In this document: positions 18,280 to 25,948 of the stretch, piece after piece
How positions within the stretch are numbered: the stretch's first letter is position 1
How the letters are laid out: the number at the start of each line of letters is the position of its first letter
Assembly (NCBI GenBank): GCA_043814985.1
Contig: JBDRJK010000021.1
Location: forward strand, 32,001 to 96,000
Source: Candidatus Aenigmatarchaeota archaeon
Lineage (GTDB): Archaea > Aenigmatarchaeota > Aenigmatarchaeia > Aenigmatarchaeales > Aenigmatarchaeaceae
Direction of reading: 5' to 3'
DNA length: 64,000 nucleotides
Program-made: the position numbers and the translations under genes
Notes under the pieces: model-generated
The model's input: the letters and a program-made list of their open reading frames with translations, nothing else
Told to the model about the DNA's origin: nothing
Databases searched by the model: none

Positions 18280-18605
18280 CAACCGAGGCAATAAAGAATC
18301 TATTCAAGAAGCCCTTCACAAGAAGATATCCCAAGGAAAAATTGAAACCCTACAAGAGATTCCGCGGAAGAATCAAGTACTATCCCAAGAGGTGCATAGG
18401 TTGCAGGTTGTGCGAAAAGTACTGCCCTGTTGGTGCTGTCAAATTCCATAAGAAGGGAAAGATAGACTTTGATTTGGGAATATGCGTGACATGCGGTATG
18501 TGTCAGGATGTCTGCCCGACGCAACCTAAGTCAATAGAAATGACCAATGAGTTTGAATTTTCTAACAAGGACAAGAAAAAACTGAAAAATGTTGTAAATG
18601 AATAG
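18270..18605 (+). CDS. 2[4Fe-4S] subunit MbhN/EchF/NuoI-like
   Basis: FTRRYP, FRG and two CxxCxxCxxxCP motifs. Confidence 0.93.
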   Translation: MGITTEAIKNLFKKPFTRRYPKEKLKPYKRFRGRIKYYPKRCIGCRLCEKYCPVGAVKFHKKGKIDFDLGICVTCGMCQDVCPTQPKSIEMTNEFEFSNKDKKKLKNVVNE

Positions 18606-19467
18606 GGAAAATCTTGGAGTATTGCTTGCTGTACTAACTGCCCTAGTCAGCGGTTTCTCCATAGTCGCCAACAAGTTCTTCCTAGTTTCATTAGATCCAA
18701 CTCTTTTCACAGCACTTAGAACATTTTTTGTGGGCATGGGGTTCTTCCTGATTTCATTTTATAAGAACAAGTTTAGCTTAAAGGATTTCAACAAGGTTTC
18801 TTGGAAGATGCTCTTGGCAATAGGAGTTGTTGCTGGGTTTGCTTTCCTAGCTTTCTTCAATGGATTAAAGATTACAACTGCTGGAAGGGCTGCCTTTCTT
18901 CACAAGTTATTACCACTGTTCGTTACAGTGCTAGCATTCTTCTTCCTAAAGGAGAAAATAACAAGAAAACAGGTCTATGCAATGCTTGTTATGATTCTGG
19001 GTACATACCTAATATCCTACAGTGCTATAACGTTTGATGTTGCCTTCGGGGATTTGTTGATAATTGTTGCCACGATTCTGTTTGCCGTGGAGAACATAAT
19101 GTCCAAGTACGCCATGACAAACAAGGAGTCGAATTTTGTTGTGTCATTTTGTAGAATGTTTTTTGCATCCCTTGTATTACTGTCAATTGTGTTGCTTGCA
19201 GGAAATTACGACCAGTTGCTTTTGTTGAATTATGAGCAGATATTGTATATCGGGACTTCCATTTCATTACTGTTCCTCTACGTGCTCTTCTGGTACTATT
19301 CGATAAGCCTGATAAAAGTATCAAAGGCGTCAACCCTTCTTTTGCTGTCGCCGTTCATTTCCCTGTTCATGTCATTCATGTTGTTGGGAGAAGCTTTTTT
19401 GCCGTTGCAGATTCTCGGTTCTGTCCTAATTCTTGTTGGGGCTTTCATTGTTTCAAGAGCTGGTTGA
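18598..19467 (+). CDS. DMT/EamA family transporter
   Basis: 10 TM helices in two EamA repeats; FLKEK and LLGE motifs. Confidence 0.88.
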   Translation: MNRENLGVLLAVLTALVSGFSIVANKFFLVSLDPTLFTALRTFFVGMGFFLISFYKNKFSLKDFNKVSWKMLLAIGVVAGFAFLAFFNGLKITTAGRAAFLHKLLPLFVTVLAFFFLKEKITRKQVYAMLVMILGTYLISYSAITFDVAFGDLLIIVATILFAVENIMSKYAMTNKESNFVVSFCRMFFASLVLLSIVLLAGNYDQLLLLNYEQILYIGTSISLLFLYVLFWYYSISLIKVSKASTLLLLSPFISLFMSFMLLGEAFLPLQILGSVLILVGAFIVSRAG

Positions 19468-19855
19468 CATTTTCGACTATTTTCCCCATCTTGCTTTTCA
19501 GCTCTTCACTCATTTCAATTCCGAAGTCAATGCTCTTTGTCTGAATCCCTATTATCTTTATTTTGGAATTGGGCAGAAACTTTTGAAGCAGGTCAAACGT
19601 TATGTTGTGGGTAGATATCACGACATTCTTTATGTCATTCAGTTCGAATGTCCTGACCTCGCCGACTTCCCCGTCAAACTGCAGAGCGTCAATAATCACT
19701 AATTCCTCGCAGATTTTCAGCTGGTCTATGAAGTTCTCAGGAGTGGTCTCTCCCTTTATTTTTTTGATGCCTTCAACATCCAGCTTATCTAGAACAATGT
19801 TTCCTATGTTGTCGTCACACTTGATGGGATTGCCGATGCTCATGACAGTTTTCAT
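19445..19855 (-). CDS. hycI: Hydrogenase maturation protease (HycI-like)
   Basis: GNPIKCDDNIG, TPEN, IIDA and STH motifs. Confidence 0.88.
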   Translation of the reverse strand: MKTVMSIGNPIKCDDNIGNIVLDKLDVEGIKKIKGETTPENFIDQLKICEELVIIDALQFDGEVGEVRTFELNDIKNVVISTHNITFDLLQKFLPNSKIKIIGIQTKSIDFGIEMSEELKSKMGKIVENVNQLLKQ

Positions 19856-19890
19856 AAAATTTATTAGATGTGGTTATACTTAATTATTAT

Positions 19891-20415
19891 ATGCTTAAGG
19901 AAGATAAGATAAGATTTTTGAAAATGGCCATTTCATGCCTGAGAAAGGGAGATGATAAAAGACCTATATTCAGTCCTGATGTTCCTACAGATGAGGATGT
20001 TGAAATCATTAAGAAATCCTTGGAAACAGGGAATATTGAAGAGAATATGCTGAAGAGGTTTTTCCCGATAGCGTACAAGGGAGTTAGCGAGTATGGTTTC
20101 TTTGAATATTTTTTCTCAATACATAACATGAACATAGGCATGCTGGAAAAATACACTAAAGATAAATTGGTTGATTGGTGCACTGCCTTTCCGGGTAAGA
20201 TAGTTGATAGAAAAGAATCCAAATGGGTTGTTGAAAGATATGATGGTAAAAGAATAATCTCAGACTCGGAGGCGTATCCGGGGATAACAATTGAGAAGGA
20301 ATTAAAAATCGGGGACTTTGTCATACTTCACAGGGACAAGATTCACATGGTCTTGAATAAAGATGAATTTGAAACTGCCTTGAAATTCTATAATAAATTC
20401 AGAAATGAAAAGTAA
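19891..20415 (+). CDS. Hypothetical hydrogenase-associated protein with HypC-like C-terminal domain
   Basis: C-terminal LKIGDFVILH...VLNKDE resembles HypC VGDYVLVH; ATG at 19891 preferred over GTG 19870. Confidence 0.55.
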   Translation: MLKEDKIRFLKMAISCLRKGDDKRPIFSPDVPTDEDVEIIKKSLETGNIEENMLKRFFPIAYKGVSEYGFFEYFFSIHNMNIGMLEKYTKDKLVDWCTAFPGKIVDRKESKWVVERYDGKRIISDSEAYPGITIEKELKIGDFVILHRDKIHMVLNKDEFETALKFYNKFRNEK

Positions 20416-20416
20416 A

Positions 20417-20497
20417 CTATCTTCTCTTCCTTCTCTTGATTTTCTTTTTCCTCTTCTTTTTCTTCTGCTTTTTGGTCAGCCTTTTTGTTTTTGCCAT
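20417..20497 (-). CDS. Putative 26-aa highly basic peptide MAKTKRLTKKQKKKERKKKIKRRKRR
   Basis: Read manually; fills the gap between convergent and divergent genes; TATA-like TTTTATA about 25 nt upstream. Confidence 0.45.
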   Translation of the reverse strand: MAKTKRLTKKQKKKKRKKKIKRRKRR

Positions 20498-20560
20498 GTT
20501 AAGAATATGTCAAATGAGAATATAAAATAATTTTATAAGAGGCAAAAACCATTTAGGGAT

Positions 20561-20713
20561 ATGTGTTTAATTGAGAAAGGAACTGTTCTCGAAGTTAAAG
20601 GCAAGACCGCTATTGTCAATGTTAGTGGTATGAAGAAGGAAGTCACGGTCACTGAGGATGTGGAAGTCGGTGACAGGATCAATGTTTTTCAGACTCTGGG
20701 GTTCAAAAAGTAA
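20561..20713 (+). CDS. hypC: Minimal HypC/HupF hydrogenase chaperone (50 aa; absent from the ORF track)
   Basis: MCLIEKGTVLEVKGKTAIVNVSGMKKEV...VEVGDRINVF: N-terminal MC and OB-fold pattern. Confidence 0.75.
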   Translation: MCLIEKGTVLEVKGKTAIVNVSGMKKEVTVTEDVEVGDRINVFQTLGFKK

Positions 20714-20743
20714 TCTTAATTTTTGAATTTTCTAAAGAAAAAA

Positions 20744-20835
20744 TGGTAGCGGGGGCTGGATTTGAACCAGCGACCTTCGGGTATCTCATCAGAGATTATG
20801 AGCCCGACGGGCACTCCTGGCTGCCCTACCCCGCT
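20744..20835 (-). tRNA. Initiator tRNA-Met (CAT) with a 14-nt intron at 37/38 (20783-20796); CCA encoded
   Basis: A1:U72 pair, GGG/CCC anticodon stem, TTCAAAT T-loop; BHB central helix CTCA/TGAG. Confidence 0.92.
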
Positions 20836-20860
20836 ATGTTCTAATAATAAGATGTTAAAA

Positions 20861-20876
20861 GTTATATAAGCTTTTC
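20861..20876 (-). promoter_or_regulatory. BRE-TATA promoter of tRNA-iMet
   Basis: GAAAAGCTTATATAAC about 26 nt upstream of the tRNA 5' end. Confidence 0.6.
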
Positions 20877-21737
20877 TTACAATGCCATCAGTATTATTCC
20901 CAACAGCATGAAAACAGAGCCTAGCACGCGCTGCAGTACATTGCCTTCCTTGAAGAACTTGAAACCGTAGAACGAACCGATTAGTATGCTTGTTCTCTTG
21001 ACAGCTATGGCATAGACTGCTAATGTCATGGTAAATGTGTATGAAAGACTCACTTCAGAAAGTGCCATGAAGAAGCCTATGCCCGTTAAATTCTTGAAGT
21101 TCTTTTTCACTTCGCTGAACCTTACCCTTTTCGTCAGGAAGACGAAGAGAGAGAAGATAATTGCCGCTATGAGGTACTCTGAAAAAACTCCGAAAAATAC
21201 GTTAGAGCTGTTTATCAGATATTTGATGGAAGTGGCTGTTATGCTCCAAAGGGCAGAGACGCCCAGCATGAGGACGGGTCCCCTTTCTTTTACAAGATAT
21301 ATGAAGGGGTGCAATATACTTTTCTTGATTTCCTTTATGTTTAGCACATATGCTCCAACTACTATGCTTATTATTCCTATGATGCCGACGGGGTTTGGGA
21401 ACTCTCCCAAAATCAGGGGCCCTGTGAGAAGCATGAAGATAGGGGTGAAGGCAAGCATTGGTAGGGTGAGCGACAAGGGCGAGATTGATATTGCCTTCAT
21501 GTAGAGGAGAACCGAAACAATATACACAATCGCTGCTATGAGGGCAACGAACCAGAAGAACAAAGTCGTCTGGGGAATTCCCACAAAGATGAGAGCAAAG
21601 GCTAAGAAGGGTAGGGTCAGGGTCATCAGGGACCATGTTGTAAGGTAGTGGTCGGCTTTTTTCATGGTTTGCTTGCTGATGTAGTCCTTGGTGGCAGATG
21701 CGAAGGCGGTGAACAAGGCCGTGACAATCCAGAACAT
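20877..21737 (-). CDS. DMT/EamA family transporter
   Basis: 10 TM helices; SPLSLTLP, ILGE and KRTS motifs. Confidence 0.88.
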   Translation of the reverse strand: MFWIVTALFTAFASATKDYISKQTMKKADHYLTTWSLMTLTLPFLAFALIFVGIPQTTLFFWFVALIAAIVYIVSVLLYMKAISISPLSLTLPMLAFTPIFMLLTGPLILGEFPNPVGIIGIISIVVGAYVLNIKEIKKSILHPFIYLVKERGPVLMLGVSALWSITATSIKYLINSSNVFFGVFSEYLIAAIIFSLFVFLTKRVRFSEVKKNFKNLTGIGFFMALSEVSLSYTFTMTLAVYAIAVKRTSILIGSFYGFKFFKEGNVLQRVLGSVFMLLGIILMAL

Positions 21738-21787
21738 AATAAGAAATTTGTCTTTAGTTAAATATTAATAAGTCTTATAACTAAAGG

Positions 21788-22459
21788 GTGTTTATGACAA
21801 CCATTCTTGGTATTGACGAGGCCGGCCGCGGGTCAGTTATAGGCCCCATGTGCATCGGGGGCGTGGTTATTGACGAGAAGGACTCAGCCAAGCTAAAGGC
21901 TTTGGGAGTCAAGGACAGCAAGCTGTTAACTCCTGAGCAGAGAGAGGCTTTATATCCCAAGATAAAAAAACTGGCAAAGGATCATGTTGTTCTCAAGGTT
22001 TCTGCCAAGCAGATAGACCAGATGAGGAAGACAACCAACCTCAACAGGATTGAGGCTCAGAAGATGGCAGAGATAATCAAGGCCATGAATGCTGACAAGG
22101 CTTATGTTGACGCGCCGCAGGTCTCTACGGAAAAGTTCAAGAATATACTGCTGGCCTTGGCTGAGAACAAAACTAAGATAATAGCTGAGAATCATGCTGA
22201 TTTGAAATACCCTGTCTGTTCGGCAGCAGCCATACTCGCAAAAGTGGAGAGGGACAGGGATGTGGAGAGGATAAAGAAGATAGTGGGCTTTGACTTCGGA
22301 GTGGGCTATCCCCATGACCAGAGGAGCATTGACTTTGTCAAAAAGGCCTTAAAGGAGAAGAAACACTTGGAATTCTTAAGGCATTCATGGGTTACTGTGA
22401 GCAATCTTAAAAATGAGAAGGAACAAAAAACATTAAAAGAGTATAAGAGAAATAAATAA
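21788..22459 (+). CDS. rnhB: Ribonuclease HII
   Basis: GIDEAGRG, DSK, AAAILAKV and GVGYP motifs. Confidence 0.96.
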   Translation: MFMTTILGIDEAGRGSVIGPMCIGGVVIDEKDSAKLKALGVKDSKLLTPEQREALYPKIKKLAKDHVVLKVSAKQIDQMRKTTNLNRIEAQKMAEIIKAMNADKAYVDAPQVSTEKFKNILLALAENKTKIIAENHADLKYPVCSAAAILAKVERDRDVERIKKIVGFDFGVGYPHDQRSIDFVKKALKEKKHLEFLRHSWVTVSNLKNEKEQKTLKEYKRNK

Positions 22460-22470
22460 GGAGGATTATT

Positions 22471-22728
22471 ATGAAAAATACGAACAAGACAACTATTGTT
22501 TATGTGGTAAGCGGGATACTGATAGGCTATATTAGTTTCTTGCTTAACAGCGAGTTTCTAGCTCTGGGTCTGGCATTTGTATCTTTATTTTTGATTGCGG
22601 AAATATTGAAAAAGGCGTTGAAGATAGATTCTAAGTTCAAGTGGTTCTGGTCCCACGGTGGATGGGTATACCTTTTCATCTGGTTCATAACATGGGTACT
22701 AGTCTGGAACCAGCCATTTGTTTTGTGA
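22471..22728 (+). CDS. Small 3-TM membrane protein
   Basis: 85 aa, GAGGA RBS, YLFIWFITWV tail; similar small genes commonly follow archaeal rnhB. Confidence 0.7.
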   Translation: MKNTNKTTIVYVVSGILIGYISFLLNSEFLALGLAFVSLFLIAEILKKALKIDSKFKWFWSHGGWVYLFIWFITWVLVWNQPFVL

Positions 22729-22732
22729 TTTT

Positions 22733-24076
22733 ATGATTGAGAATATTGGTGACTGGCAGAGAACACATTATTCCAAGCAGGTCAAGCCGGAAATGGGCAA
22801 TGAAGAAGTCATTGTGATGGGTTGGGTCAGAGAATTAAGGGACTTGGGTAAATTGAAGTTCATCAAGCTGGCTGACAGGGAAGGCTTCATACAGGTTACT
22901 GCAAAGGAAGGGGACGTCAAGCCGGATATAATCAATAAAATAGAAGGCTTGGGAAGGGAGGATGTCATTGCTGTCAAGGGCATTGTAAAGGCAAGCAAGC
23001 AGGCTCCCAATGGAATCGAAATAATGCCAGTTGATGTGAGGATTCTTAACACTTCTGATTCACCATTGCCTCTAGAGCTGGAGACCAAGAAAACACCTGC
23101 TCACATTGATACGAGGATGAACTGGAGATTTTTAGATTTGAGGAAACATGAGAACAATCTCATATTCAAGATACAGACTGCAATGGAAATGGCCATGAGG
23201 GAATTCTGGATCAAGAATGGTTTCATTGAAATTCATTCTCCTAAATTAATGGGTTCTCAGAGCGAGACAGGAGCAGAGCTGTTCACTGTTGTCTATTTTG
23301 ACAGGGAAGCGTATCTGGCACAATCGCCCCAGTTCTACAAGCAGCTGGCAATGATTGCAGGTTTTGATAGGGTTTTTGAGATAGCTCCTGTTTTCAGGGC
23401 CAATCCATCTCATACAGTTAGGCATGACACCGAGTACACTTCTATTGATATGGAGATGTCTTGGATAAGTTCACATGAGGATGTGATGGCATTTGAGGAA
23501 AAGTGGATTACCTATGTGATTGAACAAGTGAAGAAACAGTATGGAGACAAGATAAAGGAAACATTTGGTTTTGAATTGGTTGTTCCCAAAATACCTTTCC
23601 CAAGAATGACTCTCAAGGAAGCCAAGGATAAAATCAAGAAAACTGGTAAAAAGGTTTCATACAAAGAGGACCTTTCACCTGAGGAGGAAAGGCTTTTGGG
23701 AGAATTGGTAAAGGAAGAGTCCGGTCATGAGTTTGTGTTTGTGACTGAGTTCCCGTGGAAGATTAAGCCTTTCTATCACATGAGAGACGAGAAGAATCCT
23801 GGAGTGACAAAAGGTTTCGACTTACTGTGGAAAGGATTGGAAGTGACCACAGGCTCTCAGAGAGAGCACAGGTATGACGTGTTGGTTGAGCAGGCAAAGG
23901 AGAAGAAGCTTAAGTTGGACAGCATAAAGTCTTATCTGGATTTTTTCAGGTATGGGGCGCCTCCACATGGCGGTTTAGGTTTTGGTTTGACAAGGGCTCT
24001 TATGACAATGTTTGAAATGAAAAATGTGAGAGAGGTCACTTTCGCTTTCAGAGACATGGACAGGCTTTATCCTTAG
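22733..24076 (+). CDS. aspS: Aspartate--tRNA ligase, archaeal type (probably non-discriminating)
   Basis: RTHY, GWVRELRDLG, QAPNG (Pro), QSPQFYKQ and PPHGGLGFG motifs. Confidence 0.95.
   Translation: MIENIGDWQRTHYSKQVKPEMGNEEVIVMGWVRELRDLGKLKFIKLADREGFIQVTAKEGDVKPDIINKIEGLGREDVIAVKGIVKASKQAPNGIEIMPVDVRILNTSDSPLPLELETKKTPAHIDTRMNWRFLDLRKHENNLIFKIQTAMEMAMREFWIKNGFIEIHSPKLMGSQSETGAELFTVVYFDREAYLAQSPQFYKQLAMIAGFDRVFEIAPVFRANPSHTVRHDTEYTSIDMEMSWISSHEDVMAFEEKWITYVIEQVKKQYGDKIKETFGFELVVPKIPFPRMTLKEAKDKIKKTGKKVSYKEDLSPEEERLLGELVKEESGHEFVFVTEFPWKIKPFYHMRDEKNPGVTKGFDLLWKGLEVTTGSQREHRYDVLVEQAKEKKLKLDSIKSYLDFFRYGAPPHGGLGFGLTRALMTMFEMKNVREVTFAFRDMDRLYP
23294..23443 (+). repeat. 150-bp direct repeat, copy A, within aspS (partner at 25157-25306)
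   Basis: 18 mismatches in 150 nt by manual count; contains perfect 50-nt and 41-nt blocks. Confidence 0.9.
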
Positions 24077-24526
24077 GTGATTAAGATGAGAGAGTGTATA
24101 TTTTGCGAAATTGTAAAGGGAAAAAGAGAAAAAAATCACAAGATTCTTGAAAATGATAAGCATCTGGCTTTTCTAGATATTTATCCTGTTACTAAGGGCC
24201 AAACCTTGGTTATACCTAAGAAGCACTACAAAGGTTTAGGTGTTTTTAGTCTTACAAGAAATGAATATGAGGATTTGTTTCTCTTCGCTAAAAAGACCGC
24301 AAGAAAAATCAAGAAAAAACTCAAACCCAAGTTCATAATTATGGTCGTAGAGGGCATGATGATTGATCATCTTCACATAAAGCTTTATCCTATATACAAA
24401 ATACAAAAGAAGTCTGACAACAGGCTTCTAAAGCCTTATCAGCCATATAAAGGATATTTGATAACCCAGATAGGGCCGAAAGCCAGTGAAAAAAAACTTA
24501 AAAGAATAGCCCGCCTTCTTTCCTGA
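24077..24526 (+). CDS. HIT-family nucleotide hydrolase with variant HxHxK motif
   Basis: CIFC, AFLDIYP..KGQTLVIPKKH and HLHIKLYP motifs. Confidence 0.9.
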   Translation: MIKMRECIFCEIVKGKREKNHKILENDKHLAFLDIYPVTKGQTLVIPKKHYKGLGVFSLTRNEYEDLFLFAKKTARKIKKKLKPKFIIMVVEGMMIDHLHIKLYPIYKIQKKSDNRLLKPYQPYKGYLITQIGPKASEKKLKRIARLLS

Positions 24527-24592
24527 AGAATTTCTATTATATATTTAAAGTTTACTACTATATTGTAATACATAAATTAGGAGTGTGTTATT

Positions 24593-25939
24593 ATGGTAGA
24601 AATTAATTATAATGAAAAACAGATTGAATTGCTTCTAGGAAAGAGAAAACAAAATGCAGAAGTGACAGAAAGAGATTTTGGTAGCGATGTTGTTGTCGCA
24701 GGATACATAAAGAATATAGCAGATCTTGGTAAAAATATGAAGTTTCTAACTTTGGCAGATGCCTCAGGGGAAATACAACTGACGTTAAAGAAAGGAGTTT
24801 ATGTTGGAGTTGAGGATGCTAAAATGCTCACCCCTCATACCTTTATTGTTGCGAAAGGTGAGGCATGTAAAGGAAGGGCTAAAGACGGTCGTGAAGTTCT
24901 TGTAAAAGATATTAGTCTTTTGAGCGATGTTGTAACAGAGAAGATTCCAACAGAGATGAGGACCAGTCTTGACAAGAGATTGGATTACAGGTGGGTGGAT
25001 TTGAGGAATGAAAAGCACAGGTTCCCTCTTACAATGGTTTCCGAGTTCACAAGGTATTCAAGGGACTTTTTCAATGAAAACGGCTTCACTGAAATTTTCA
25101 CGCCAAAGATAGTGGGTACTCCAACTGAGGGTGGAGCAGAGGCGTTCCCTGTTCTTTATTTTGACAGGGAAGCGTATCTGGCACAATCGCCCCAGTTCTA
25201 CAAGCAAATGGCTATATGCTCTGGTTTTGACAGGGTTTTTGAGATAGCTCCTGTTTTCAGGGCCAATCCATCCCACACTACAAGGCATGATACCGAGTAC
25301 ACCTCTTTGGATTTCGAGATAGGGTACATTACATCGCATCAGGATGTAATGAAAGCCGAAGAGGGTATGCTGAGCCATGTTTTCAAAAACATTAAAGAGA
25401 AGTATGGGGATAAAATCAGGAAGAAATTCAAACAGGAGATAGACGTTCCTAAAAATATACCTCAAATAAGGATGGAGGAAGCTTACGAGATTGTAACAAA
25501 GGAAGATGTAGACGAAAAAGGCAGCTTGAGACCATCAGGGGAGAAGGCTGTTTCTGAACATGTTAAGGAAGCATACGGAAGTGATTTCATCTTTATAACA
25601 GATTTCCCTTATGATGCTAGACCTTTTTATCATATGAAGGGTGAAGCTATGAGGAACGGTAAAGAGACTACGAAGAGCTTTGACCTGATTTACAGAGGTG
25701 TAGAGATTACAACAGGCGCTCAGAGGGAACACAGGCACGGAAAATTAACAGCCCAAGTGGTTGAGAAAGGCTTAAGTACTAATAATCTAAAACAATATCT
25801 AGATTTTTTCAAGTACGGAGCACCTCCCCACGGTGGTATCGGGTTGAGCCCTAGTAGAGTTGTCACGAACATGCTTGATCTCGGGAATGTGAGGGAAGCA
25901 ACAATGGCTCCGAGGGATCCGAAAAGACTGTTTCCATAG
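24593..25939 (+). CDS. Second, divergent aspartate--tRNA ligase
   Basis: QSPQFYKQ, FRANPSH, EITTGAQR and PPHGG motifs intact; divergent N-terminal OB domain. Confidence 0.9.
   Translation: MVEINYNEKQIELLLGKRKQNAEVTERDFGSDVVVAGYIKNIADLGKNMKFLTLADASGEIQLTLKKGVYVGVEDAKMLTPHTFIVAKGEACKGRAKDGREVLVKDISLLSDVVTEKIPTEMRTSLDKRLDYRWVDLRNEKHRFPLTMVSEFTRYSRDFFNENGFTEIFTPKIVGTPTEGGAEAFPVLYFDREAYLAQSPQFYKQMAICSGFDRVFEIAPVFRANPSHTTRHDTEYTSLDFEIGYITSHQDVMKAEEGMLSHVFKNIKEKYGDKIRKKFKQEIDVPKNIPQIRMEEAYEIVTKEDVDEKGSLRPSGEKAVSEHVKEAYGSDFIFITDFPYDARPFYHMKGEAMRNGKETTKSFDLIYRGVEITTGAQREHRHGKLTAQVVEKGLSTNNLKQYLDFFKYGAPPHGGIGLSPSRVVTNMLDLGNVREATMAPRDPKRLFP
25157..25306 (+). repeat. 150-bp direct repeat, copy B, within the second AspRS
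   Basis: See copy A at 23294-23443. Confidence 0.9.
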
Positions 25940-25948
25940 GTTGTTTAT

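Noticed and set aside
23294..25306. aspS repeat pair as a diversity-generating retroelement TR/VR
   Set aside because: Mismatches are not adenine-specific, both copies are in-frame coding sequence, and no reverse transcriptase is present
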